Shown: positions 1 to 8,268 of the stretch, piece by piece
Layout of the letters: every line of letters starts with the position of its first letter
Position numbering within the stretch: the stretch's first letter is position 1
From: Campylobacterota bacterium
Lineage (GTDB): Bacteria; Campylobacterota; Campylobacteria; Campylobacterales; Arcobacteraceae
Length of the DNA stretch: 20,461 bases
Direction of reading: 5' to 3'
Assembly (NCBI GenBank): GCA_051746405.1
Contig: JBNJFB010000042.1
Span: 1 to 20,461 of the forward strand
The notes under the pieces: generated by a model
What the model saw: the letters and a program-made list of their open reading frames with translations, nothing else
What the model was told of the DNA's origin: nothing
Database searches by the model: none
Translations under genes and position numbers: made by a program

Positions 1-399
1 TGAGTGTGAATCAATAAATAGTGTAGCAGGATGCTTTAGAGAACTTATACTAAAAGCAAATGAGAAGTATAACCAAAAAGTAGTAGTACTAATAGATGAC
101 TATTGATAAACAAATAGAAAAAAGAAGAGGTGGCTTTGAATATCATCTAAAAATACCAAACCTTGAAGTAAAAATGTCATTGTCAGATTATATTATAGAT
201 TATATCGCTACAACTGAACCTACAAAGAAAATATCTATGTGAGAAGGTAGATGGAAAAGAGGATGAAGCACTAACTCAAATAAAAGATAAAAAATACTAT
301 GAGAAATATTTAGATGAGAAAAAAGATATATATCTTGTGGGAATAGAGTTTGATAGCAATGAGAAAAATATAAGCAGTATGGAGTGGGAGAGGTATTAA
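1..399 (+). pseudogene. Remnant of AAA-ATPase-like + PD-(D/E)XK nuclease (DUF1703/PDDEXK_9-type) gene, fragmented over three frames; extends beyond the left edge
   Basis: Manual translation. 2-106 gives ...KYNQKVVVLIDDY* (Walker B-like VVVLIDEYD). 96-242 gives MTIDKQ...FEYHLKIPNLEVK (the family's YxLxxPNxEV motif). 241-399 gives ...EALTQIKDKKYYEKY...IYLVGIEFDSNEKNISSMEWERY* (typical C-terminus). These motifs are normally separated by long stretches. Confidence 0.8.
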
Positions 400-454
400 A
401 ATATACTCTAACTAAACTTCTGTGCTGTCATAATACATTTCGCTACTCAACAAT

Positions 455-469
455 TTTATGATATAATAA
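455..469 (+). promoter_or_regulatory. Extended -10 sigma70 promoter for the 495 gene
   Basis: TG-A-TATAAT at 459-467, about 27 nt upstream of ATG 495. Confidence 0.65.
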
Positions 470-494
470 CAAAAACATAAGCAAAGGCTCTAAA

Positions 495-1115
495 ATGTCA
501 GAAGAGAAAGAAGACAGAGGCTTAAAACTAAATCAAGAGTATATGGATGTATTAGTAGCAAATGTAATACCTACAACAAAGTATTTTGAAAGTAGGTTTG
601 ACCATATGCAGTATCAAATAGATGAAATCAAAAATAGTCAAGTAGCTATGCAAAGTAGTATGGATAGACGCTTTGAAAAAGTTGATGAAAGATTTGATTC
701 AATGCAAAGCGAAATGGATAAACGCTTTGAAAAAGTTGATGAAAGATTTGATTCAATGCAAAGCGAAATGGACAAACGCTTTGAAAAAGTTGATGAAAGA
801 TTTGATTCAATGCAAAGTGATATGGACAAACGCTTTGATTCAATGCAAAGTGATATGGACAAACGCTTTGAAAAAGTTGATGAAAGATTTAAGCAAGTAG
901 ATAAAAGATTTGAACAAGTTGAAAACTCTATAAATAACTTAGCTTTAAAAATAGAGAAGTTAACAAATGCTCAAGAGACAACCATAAGAGACTATATTAT
1001 AGAAAGAGATAGGTTTTATGATAAAAAATTTACAAACCTAAGAATGTATAATATAGCTATAATAGCACTTGTAAGTGGTGTTATCTTAAAAATGGCAGGT
1101 ATTATACAGATATAG
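495..1115 (+). CDS. C-terminally membrane-anchored coiled-coil repeat protein (DUF1640/Bdr-like)
   Basis: 206 aa with a central (RFEKVDE RFDSMQSEMDK)n coiled-coil repeat and one hydrophobic C-terminal helix (IAIIALVSGVILKMAGII). Confidence 0.75.
   Translation: MSEEKEDRGLKLNQEYMDVLVANVIPTTKYFESRFDHMQYQIDEIKNSQVAMQSSMDRRFEKVDERFDSMQSEMDKRFEKVDERFDSMQSEMDKRFEKVDERFDSMQSDMDKRFDSMQSDMDKRFEKVDERFKQVDKRFEQVENSINNLALKIEKLTNAQETTIRDYIIERDRFYDKKFTNLRMYNIAIIALVSGVILKMAGIIQI
660..889 (+). repeat. Intragenic tandem repeat: 3 x 54 bp, 1 x 33 bp, then a partial unit
   Basis: Units start with ATGGAY at 660, 714, 768, 822 and 855. The 54-bp unit is ATGGAYARACGCTTTGAAAAAGTTGATGAAAGATTTGATTCAATGCAAAGYGAW. Confidence 0.95.
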
Positions 1116-1154
1116 TATAGTCGTTATAATGCAGGTGATTTTATAGTATAAAAC

Positions 1155-1185
1155 TTTATGATATAATAATAAAAATAAGCAGGAG
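1155..1185 (+). promoter_or_regulatory. Extended -10 promoter and Shine-Dalgarno for the Rpn gene
   Basis: TG-A-TATAAT at 1159-1167; AGGAG at 1181-1185; ATG at 1191. Confidence 0.7.
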
Positions 1186-1190
1186 AAGAT

Positions 1191-2150
1191 ATGAAATTTG
1201 CAGATCCAAAAAATGACTTGGCATTTAAAAAGATATTTGGGGATTTACGACATAAGAATATTTTAATATCCTTTTTAAACTCTGTACTGAACTTCAAAGA
1301 TGAAAAGGCTATTGTAGATGTAACAATGGCAAATCCATATCAAATACCAAAAATTCCTGAACTAAAAGAGACTATTTTAGATATAAAAGCTACAAATAAA
1401 AACAATGAGAATTTTTTGGTTGAAATGCAAAGAAAAGATTTGGGTGATTTTACTAAAAGAAGCTTGTACTATACTTCAAAAGCATATACCCAACAGTTAC
1501 CAAAGAGTTCTGACTATTCACAACTAAAAAAAGTATATTTTATAGGAATATTAAACTTCAATATATTTCAAAACAAAAGCTATATCTCAAGACACTTGAT
1601 AATAAACCAAGAAACAAATACTCAAGATTTAGAAGATTTTGAGTTTAGTTTTATAGAGTTACCTAAGTTTGATAAGCCATTAGAAGATTTAGAGACTATA
1701 CTTGACAAATGGATATACTTCATAAAAAATGCATCTAATTTAGATGTAGTACCAAGTCAATATGAAAACCTAAAAGATTTCAAAGAGGCTTTTAGTATAG
1801 CAACACAAACGCAGTGGAATAAAAAAGAGTTAGAGGTTTATGACTATATGAGCATAAAAGAGTTTGATGAAATAAATGCTTTGAGAACAGCTGAAAAAAA
1901 AGGCATAGAAAAAGGCATAGAAAAAGGTATAGAAAAAGGCATGGAAAAAGGCATGGAAAAAGGCATGGAAAAAGGCATGGAAAAAGGCATGGAAAAAGGC
2001 ATGGAGAAAGGCATGGAGAAAGGCATGGAGAAAGGCATTAAAGAAGAGAAAATAAGTATAGCAAAAAACCTACTAGATATTCTTGATAATGAAACAATTG
2101 CTTTAAAAACAGGGCTTGAAAAAGATACTATAGAAAACTTAAGAAAATAA
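1191..2150 (+). CDS. Rpn family recombination-promoting nuclease / PD-(D/E)XK (PDDEXK_2) protein
   Basis: N-terminal DPKNDLAFKKIFG, LDIKA...VEMQ catalytic motifs, RSLYY, FIELPKF, C-terminal EKG(I/M) repeats and IAKNLL...IALKTGL tail. Confidence 0.9.
   Translation: MKFADPKNDLAFKKIFGDLRHKNILISFLNSVLNFKDEKAIVDVTMANPYQIPKIPELKETILDIKATNKNNENFLVEMQRKDLGDFTKRSLYYTSKAYTQQLPKSSDYSQLKKVYFIGILNFNIFQNKSYISRHLIINQETNTQDLEDFEFSFIELPKFDKPLEDLETILDKWIYFIKNASNLDVVPSQYENLKDFKEAFSIATQTQWNKKELEVYDYMSIKEFDEINALRTAEKKGIEKGIEKGIEKGMEKGMEKGMEKGMEKGMEKGMEKGMEKGMEKGIKEEKISIAKNLLDILDNETIALKTGLEKDTIENLRK
1896..2039 (+). repeat. 12 x 12-bp in-frame tandem repeat encoding (E/K)KG(I/M)
   Basis: Three units ending in ATA, six GAAAAAGGCATG, two GAGAAAGGCATG, one GAGAAAGGCATT. 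Confidence 0.97.
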
Positions 2151-2162
2151 ATAAGGTTAAAA

Positions 2163-2612
2163 ATGGATATAGCTTTAACTACTCCTGCTTTACTTTTTCC
2201 TGCTATTTCTTTGCTTTTGCTTGCATATACTAGTAGGTTTCTAACAACAGCTCAGCTTATTAGAGGTCTTAGTGCAAATGCTAGAGATGGTAGGGTTCCA
2301 AAAGCTTCAAAGCAGATAAAAAACTTAAAGAAAAGAGTTGATTTAATAAAACTGATGCAACTTTTAGGGGTGTTGTCTCTACTTCTTTGTACTTTTTCTA
2401 TGTTTTTGCTTTTTATTGAGCTTAGGGCTATTGGCAATATTATATTTGGTATTAGTCTTCTTTTGATGTGTGCTTCTTTGGTAACTGCAATCTTTGAAAT
2501 AACAATATCAACTATAGCAATAGAGTATGAACTAGATGGTATAAAAAAGTTCTCAAAAAATCACAAAAAAAATAAAAAAACTGATGAGCTAGATGATGAC
2601 GATGATGAATAA
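2163..2612 (+). CDS. DUF2721-family membrane protein
   Basis: N-terminal LTTPALLFPAISLLLLAYTSRF signature, three hydrophobic segments, SD-like AAGGT upstream. Confidence 0.8.
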   Translation: MDIALTTPALLFPAISLLLLAYTSRFLTTAQLIRGLSANARDGRVPKASKQIKNLKKRVDLIKLMQLLGVLSLLLCTFSMFLLFIELRAIGNIIFGISLLLMCASLVTAIFEITISTIAIEYELDGIKKFSKNHKKNKKTDELDDDDDE

Positions 2613-3537
2613 CTATACAGCTTCTATGCTTGAAATATATGAATACTTTATACAAGAGTTATCTACAAAAGAAAAGGTACAAATAGAGGTTTTAAATCCA
2701 GACTTTGGTTTGGATTTATACTGTGGGGAAGTGGTATATCTAAACAATAACAAATATATCTACCGCTCTTATAAGTCTTACAATGACTTAGCTGAACTTT
2801 TTAACTGTAAGATGCTAACTCCTGAAGTAGTTTCACATGATACTGTTTTATTGAGTTTTAAAAAGCTTGAGGATAAAGATAACTTTCATCTAAAGTATTA
2901 TGATAATATCAATGAAAAATATGGTGTAAACTCAAGCTTTTTTAGAATATCAAAAAATGAAGAGCCAAGTTTTTTGCACTACTATAAGCAGGCTTTAAAA
3001 AATGTAAAAATTGAAGATAAAACAACTATACTAAACTTAGGCATAAATAAAGGCGATGAGTTTGCTTTGATAAAAGATATTTTAACCTATGAAAATATTT
3101 TAGAAAAAAAGTTTGTAGGTGTGGATTTTAGTAGTAGTGCTATAAGCCATGCTAAAAGTAGATTTAGTAGTTCAAACTTTGATTTTTATTCCCATGATAT
3201 AAATAGATTAGATGAGTTAAATCTAGGAAGATTTGAACTAATCATATCTATTGGAACAATACAAAGCACCTCTATGAATCTAAAAGAGATATTTATGAAA
3301 TTGGTTCAGGACTATTTAGAGAAAAAAGGCAGTATTATCTTAGGGTTTCCAAACTGTAGGTGGAGAAATTATGAGATGGTATATGGAGCAGTTGCACCAA
3401 ACTATAATTTTAGTGAGCAGTCTTTGTTGTACAAGGATGTCTATTTTTGTAAAAAATATTTACAACAAAAGGGTTATCGTGTTACGATTACGGGTAAAAA
3501 TTACGTTTTTTTAACAGCTACTTCAATAAAAAAGTAG
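2593..3537 (+). CDS. Putative class I SAM-dependent methyltransferase (start may be 2602 or 2605)
   Basis: ILNLGINKG (motif I-like), VGVDFSSSAI, HDINRL and FELIISIGTIQ follow the Rossmann MTase motif order. Overlaps the upstream stop codon. Confidence 0.7.
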   Translation: MMTMMNNYTASMLEIYEYFIQELSTKEKVQIEVLNPDFGLDLYCGEVVYLNNNKYIYRSYKSYNDLAELFNCKMLTPEVVSHDTVLLSFKKLEDKDNFHLKYYDNINEKYGVNSSFFRISKNEEPSFLHYYKQALKNVKIEDKTTILNLGINKGDEFALIKDILTYENILEKKFVGVDFSSSAISHAKSRFSSSNFDFYSHDINRLDELNLGRFELIISIGTIQSTSMNLKEIFMKLVQDYLEKKGSIILGFPNCRWRNYEMVYGAVAPNYNFSEQSLLYKDVYFCKKYLQQKGYRVTITGKNYVFLTATSIKK

Positions 3538-3546
3538 TTTTGTATC

Positions 3547-3573
3547 TTTTATGCTACTATTTTATGCTACAAT
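3547..3573 (+). promoter_or_regulatory. Extended -10 (TGcTACAAT, 3565-3573) inside a TTTTATGCTAC direct repeat
   Basis: TTTTATGCTAC at 3547-3557 and 3560-3570; gene start 30 nt downstream. Confidence 0.5.
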
Positions 3574-3602
3574 TTTGTCAAATCTTAAAAAAGGAGCATG
3601 AT

Positions 3603-3887
3603 ATGCCATCACAACACATTGAAATTGAAAAATTTAAACTAGCACATACTACAAATGATATTTTAAAAATAGAACATGTAGAGAAACCTTATGGTGAATA
3701 CAGCAGTCCTGTTGTAAATATTGCTATATATTCACACGGGAAAACTAAAACTTCTGAAGTTGATATTCCTTATGAGAATATTCCTGCTTTTTTTGAAGCT
3801 CTAAATAAATCTATTGCAAAATGTGATTCAATTCCTAGAAATGAACCACATGCAGAGTTAAATGCAAGTGTTGGAGGAGGAGAATAA
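3603..3887 (+). CDS. Hypothetical protein, 94 aa (start moved from 3540)
   Basis: AAGGAG at 3591-3596 precedes the in-frame ATG at 3603. The ORF-track extension runs through the promoter. Confidence 0.75.
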   Translation: MPSQHIEIEKFKLAHTTNDILKIEHVEKPYGEYSSPVVNIAIYSHGKTKTSEVDIPYENIPAFFEALNKSIAKCDSIPRNEPHAELNASVGGGE

Positions 3888-3950
3888 GCTTCTTTATTAA
3901 CTCTTTTTGGATATAATCTTTTTTTTATATTATATCCTAGGAGTTAACAC

Positions 3951-4361
3951 TTGAGTAAATCAAACTTAATACTTTTTGCTTTTTTAGTAGCTACAACTGC
4001 CACTTTAGGTAGCCTGTTTTTTTCAAATATAATGAACTTTATACCTTGTAATATGTGTTGGTATCAAAGAGTTTTTATGTATCCCCTTGTTTTTATTTTC
4101 TTAATAAATTTACTATATCCTGATGACAAAGTTTTGAAGTATTCACTTCCTTTAGTTTTAGCAGGTCTTTTAATAGCTATATATCATAACTTACTTATGT
4201 TAGGTATTATTCCTGAAAGTGCAGTCCCATGTAAGCAAGGTGTTCCGTGTTCTACTAAGTATATTAGTTGGTTTGGATTTATTACTATTCCTTTTTTATC
4301 ACTGGTATCATATATTTTGATTTTGGTGTCTTTACTATTTTATAAAAGAGCAAAAAAGTAG
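3951..4361 (+). CDS. dsbB: Disulfide bond formation protein B (short BdbC-type)
   Basis: PCNMCWYQR motif, second Cys pair PCKQGVPC, four TM segments; TTG start with AGGAG at 3939-3943. Confidence 0.88.
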   Translation: MSKSNLILFAFLVATTATLGSLFFSNIMNFIPCNMCWYQRVFMYPLVFIFLINLLYPDDKVLKYSLPLVLAGLLIAIYHNLLMLGIIPESAVPCKQGVPCSTKYISWFGFITIPFLSLVSYILILVSLLFYKRAKK

Positions 4362-4472
4362 AGTAAAGTATCAATAAGAAGTTGTTATGATTTTTATGTG
4401 ATATTTAGTAAAAAAATTAAGAAAAATCAATGTATACTTTATGTTTAATATATAAAATAAAAGGAAGCCTAT

Positions 4473-5654
4473 ATGTCATTTTTTGAAAATATAAAAGAGT
4501 TTTTTAAGCTAGCAAATCAAACAAACTACAACATCTCTGAAGTTTATGTAGCAAATTCAGGTGCTGTTTATAGTGTAGTGATAGTTATTTTAGTAGCAGT
4601 TTTAATAGCATACTATTTTATAAGAAAAGCTATTAAAACTTCTCAAGCTTTGAAGCTTGTATCACAAGTACAAAACTCTAAAGATATTCAAGACTACAAT
4701 GAAAAGCTAGAGAAATTAGCCCAAGAGCTTCCAAAAAGAGGTATAAAAGTAGCCCAAAGTATGAACTTACAAAAAGATGATATTTTGAAGTATGAGCTAG
4801 AACTACTAAAGGGTTTAGATATAGATGAAAAGATTTCAAAATATGAACATATAGCATCACTTTATAAGCAAATAGCAACAAACTCGAAAAAGTATGCACT
4901 ACATGAACTAACAAAATATTATGAAGATAAATCCCAAGAGCTTTTAGAAAATGACTTATCACAAGATATCAAAAGCTATATGGATACTTTAGTAATAGAT
5001 GAAAATGAAGTTAAAAATGTAGATGCAATAGTAACATACGCTTCAAAAGCTTCAAATAAAAAAGAGCTTTTAAATTATCTAATAGATACACTAAATAGGT
5101 TTAGTTATTCTCATAATTTAGAGTTTTTCAAGTTTATAAAAAAACTCTCAAAAGAGAACTCAAAAGAGGTATATGAAAACTGTACTAATAACTTTGAAAA
5201 ACTTTTAGAGTCACAACAAAGTGCAATATCAGATGTGATACTAAAATATATGCTAAAGCATGATAATAAACAAAAAGTTTATGACTATATTTCAAATATA
5301 GCTAATAAAACTGTACTAAAAGATTTATATTACAATATGTTTGGAAAGTGTGATGATATTGATTTAGACTTAGCTTTTGTGTCAAATAGTACAGATATTG
5401 GTATTGATTTTGCTTCATATATAGATACTAAGCTAACTGACAATTGGAAAGAATTAGGGTTTATTAAGCATGTTATTAGCTCAACAGGAGTTTTAGAAAC
5501 TATTGGTCATGTAAGCTATAGGTCAGTTCTTGAAAGAATAGAGAAGTTAGAGAATGAAGAAGAGACAAATAAAGCAGCAGCAAAAGCTCTTGAAGTAGCA
5601 AGAAGAGCTGAAACTATTGCTTTAGAAGCTAGAAGTATTGCAAGGCAGAAGTGA
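4473..5654 (+). CDS. Hypothetical protein with one N-terminal TM helix and a helical body
   Basis: 393-aa ORF with AAGGA SD; TM segment VYSVVIVILVAVLIAYYFI; coiled-coil-like C-terminus. Confidence 0.8.
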   Translation: MSFFENIKEFFKLANQTNYNISEVYVANSGAVYSVVIVILVAVLIAYYFIRKAIKTSQALKLVSQVQNSKDIQDYNEKLEKLAQELPKRGIKVAQSMNLQKDDILKYELELLKGLDIDEKISKYEHIASLYKQIATNSKKYALHELTKYYEDKSQELLENDLSQDIKSYMDTLVIDENEVKNVDAIVTYASKASNKKELLNYLIDTLNRFSYSHNLEFFKFIKKLSKENSKEVYENCTNNFEKLLESQQSAISDVILKYMLKHDNKQKVYDYISNIANKTVLKDLYYNMFGKCDDIDLDLAFVSNSTDIGIDFASYIDTKLTDNWKELGFIKHVISSTGVLETIGHVSYRSVLERIEKLENEEETNKAAAKALEVARRAETIALEARSIARQK

Positions 5655-5658
5655 AATC

Positions 5659-5967
5659 ATGAGTAGTGAAGTCTCAACAATATTAATACTGTTTTTATTA
5701 GCAGCTGCTTTTATGCTACTAATAAGACGATTTAATAGTGTGCAGCAGTATGAAACAAAACCCAGTGCTATGAAAAAAGAAGAGGTCATACAAGCCTATG
5801 AAAATGAGATAAAAGAGCTTATTGATACATATGGTAATGACCAGCAGAAACTACTTGAAGAGAAAAAAAAGATGATAAAAAGAATAAACAATGAACTAAA
5901 AATGAATCTTTTTTTTGATGACAAAGAAGCAAAAGAGGTAATAGACCGTCTTTTAAAGGTAAGTTAA
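5659..5967 (+). CDS. Small hypothetical protein with N-terminal TM helix, 102 aa
   Basis: ATG 4 nt after the upstream stop (preferred over TTG 5638); TM ILILFLLAAAFMLLI followed by RR. Confidence 0.75.
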   Translation: MSSEVSTILILFLLAAAFMLLIRRFNSVQQYETKPSAMKKEEVIQAYENEIKELIDTYGNDQQKLLEEKKKMIKRINNELKMNLFFDDKEAKEVIDRLLKVS

Positions 5968-5970
5968 AGT

Positions 5971-7608
5971 ATGAGTAAAAAATATATCTCTTTAATAGCT
6001 TTATATTTTACAGTGGTAGTTACTTTCTATTTTACAAGCAGTTATTTTAGTAGTGACTACATAAATATTGAAAAAGACCAAAACCACAAAAAAGTGCAGA
6101 ATCTAATAGGTCAAATAAAAAAGAGCTTTTCAAATATAAACTCAATACTAGTGGACTATGCAAACTGGGACCAAACTTATGAGTTCATACAAAATCAAAA
6201 TCAAGCTTATATCTATGATAACTTTAGAGAAGATAGTGGAACATTGGAAGCTTTAAATCTTGACTTTATGCTTTATACCTCACTTGATGATAAACTACTA
6301 TTTTCAAAGTTTTTAGATACTCAAAAAACAGCAAAACTTGAAGAGAAAATCACAAAAACCTTTGAAGATAATATAAAAAAAGAGAGTATAAATAAAAGCT
6401 TTGTAAGGTTTGATAATAAGGTATATTTTGTTGTAAAAACAGGAACTACAAATAGTGATGCTACAAAGCCTATAAATGGCTATATGTACGCAGGTAAACT
6501 ACTTAATAGTAATTACTTAAATAATCTTGATATATCATTTGAAAAAATAGATATAGTAAGTAAATACAAAATAGAAGATAAAAACAGAGATTATACATTG
6601 CATACAAATAGCTTAATATTTGATATTAGTAAAAAGCTTGATTTATCACTATATACTATTACTAATTTTATATGTATAGTAAATAATAAAAAAGAGCCAT
6701 TAGTCTGCATAAAAACAGTTGATGCAATGAGTTTTTATAAACAAAGTAGAGATACTATTTTGTTGTTTTCTATTTTGATTAGTCTTTTGGTACTTATTAT
6801 TTTCACACTATTTTTAAGACAAAATAGAAAACTAAGTCACACTGTATCTCAAAAAACATTACAACTTCAAGAGAGTGAAGCCTTGCTTGTTGAGCAATCA
6901 CGCATGGCTGCTATGGGTGAGATGATAGGAAATATTGCTCATCAGTTAAAGCAACCACTAAATCTAATATCAACTATTTCAAGTAGTGTAGTTGTACAAA
7001 AAGATATGAAAATATATGATGATAAAAATACATTAAATAATATGAAACAGATACTTCAAGCTACAAATCATCTATCAGATACTATTGATGAGTTTAGGGA
7101 CTTTTTTAAACCAAAAAAGAACATAGTTACTACAAATATAGAAACAGTAATAGAAAAAAGCATAAACCTAACAAAAGCACAACTATATAATAGAGATATA
7201 AAAGTAAAAAAAGATATTAAAAACTGTGAATTAAAACTATATGATAATCAACTACTACATGTGATTTTAAATGTAGTAAATAATGCAAGAGATGAGTTAA
7301 CAAAATTAGAAAATAGTATAAAAAGGTTTATTTTTATTTCAACAAAACTTGAAGGTGATTATTTGATTTTAAAAATTACAGATAATGCAGGTGGAGTTGA
7401 TGAGTCTAATAAGTCAAAAATCTTTGATGCTTACTTTACTACAAAAAAAAGAGACAAGGGTACAGGTATAGGTCTGTATATGTCAAAAAAGATATTGAAA
7501 GAGAGACTAAATGGAACTATAGAAGTCTCTAATATAGAGTTTGAGTATGAAGATATAAAATACAAAGGTGCTTGTTTTACTATAAAAATACCAAAGATAA
7601 TAGATTAA
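5971..7608 (+). CDS. Sensor histidine kinase with periplasmic CHASE4 domain
   Basis: DYANWDQTYEFI (CHASE4 signature), two TMs, H-box IAHQLKQPL, N-box NVVNNARD, G1 DNAGG, F-box IFDAYFTTK, G2 GTGIGL. Confidence 0.9.
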   Translation: MSKKYISLIALYFTVVVTFYFTSSYFSSDYINIEKDQNHKKVQNLIGQIKKSFSNINSILVDYANWDQTYEFIQNQNQAYIYDNFREDSGTLEALNLDFMLYTSLDDKLLFSKFLDTQKTAKLEEKITKTFEDNIKKESINKSFVRFDNKVYFVVKTGTTNSDATKPINGYMYAGKLLNSNYLNNLDISFEKIDIVSKYKIEDKNRDYTLHTNSLIFDISKKLDLSLYTITNFICIVNNKKEPLVCIKTVDAMSFYKQSRDTILLFSILISLLVLIIFTLFLRQNRKLSHTVSQKTLQLQESEALLVEQSRMAAMGEMIGNIAHQLKQPLNLISTISSSVVVQKDMKIYDDKNTLNNMKQILQATNHLSDTIDEFRDFFKPKKNIVTTNIETVIEKSINLTKAQLYNRDIKVKKDIKNCELKLYDNQLLHVILNVVNNARDELTKLENSIKRFIFISTKLEGDYLILKITDNAGGVDESNKSKIFDAYFTTKKRDKGTGIGLYMSKKILKERLNGTIEVSNIEFEYEDIKYKGACFTIKIPKIID

Positions 7609-7683
7609 AAAAAAGTTTTATATTTATAAAGTATTAATATAAATAATATATAATTTTAAAATTTAAAATAAACAGGAATGAAG

Positions 7684-8259
7684 ATGAAAAAAAGTTTTAT
7701 AACAATAGGTTTAATATCATCACTTTTTTTATTAAGTGGATGTGATACAAAAGGTGGTATAGATGAGAGTCTTGTGGCACAGGATAAATCAAAAGAGGCT
7801 ATAAATAAAAACTTTGATTCAAAGCAGTTTAGTCTAAAAACAGTAGATGGAAATAGAATAAATTTAGAAACAACTCTTACAGGAATTGATTTTAAAGAGC
7901 ATAAAGGAAAAGTGATTTTAGTAGATGTATTTGCCACATGGTGTCCTCCTTGTATCGAAGCAATACCGCATATGAATGAGCTTACACAAAAGTATGAAGG
8001 TGAGTTTGAAATAATATCAGTACTCTTTGAAAAGGATAAAACAAAAGAAGAGATAGAAGCTTTTGTAAAAGAGCATGATATTAAGTATCCTGTAACTATT
8101 GGTGAAGAGAACTTTAAATTTACAGATGATTTAGGGGATGTATCTAAAGTACCTGAGTACTACTTATACGATAAAAATGGTGATTATATAAGAAAGTTTG
8201 TAGGTGAAACAGACAAAGCTGTATTTGAAAGATATATAAAACAAGCCTTGTCTAAATAG
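7684..8259 (+). CDS. TlpA/ResA-family thioredoxin-like disulfide reductase lipoprotein
   Basis: Lipobox LLSGC and active site FATWCPPC. AGGA at 7674-7677 favours ATG 7684 over 7678. Confidence 0.88.
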   Translation: MKKSFITIGLISSLFLLSGCDTKGGIDESLVAQDKSKEAINKNFDSKQFSLKTVDGNRINLETTLTGIDFKEHKGKVILVDVFATWCPPCIEAIPHMNELTQKYEGEFEIISVLFEKDKTKEEIEAFVKEHDIKYPVTIGEENFKFTDDLGDVSKVPEYYLYDKNGDYIRKFVGETDKAVFERYIKQALSK

Positions 8260-8268
8260 AGTATTAGG

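Noticed and set aside
660..889. Possible CRISPR array
   Set aside because: The units are contiguous with no unique spacers, are in-frame coding, and no cas genes are present.
638..900. ORFs 638-862(-), 646-843(-) and 673-900(+)
   Set aside because: They are open only because the 54/33-bp repeat has no stops in those frames; shadows of the 495-1115 gene.
1844..2038. Antisense (MPFS)n ORF
   Set aside because: It is the reverse complement of the EKGM repeat, with no independent support.
1116..2162. Rpn gene as an IS element
   Set aside because: No terminal inverted repeats or target duplication seen, and no DDE or HUH motif.
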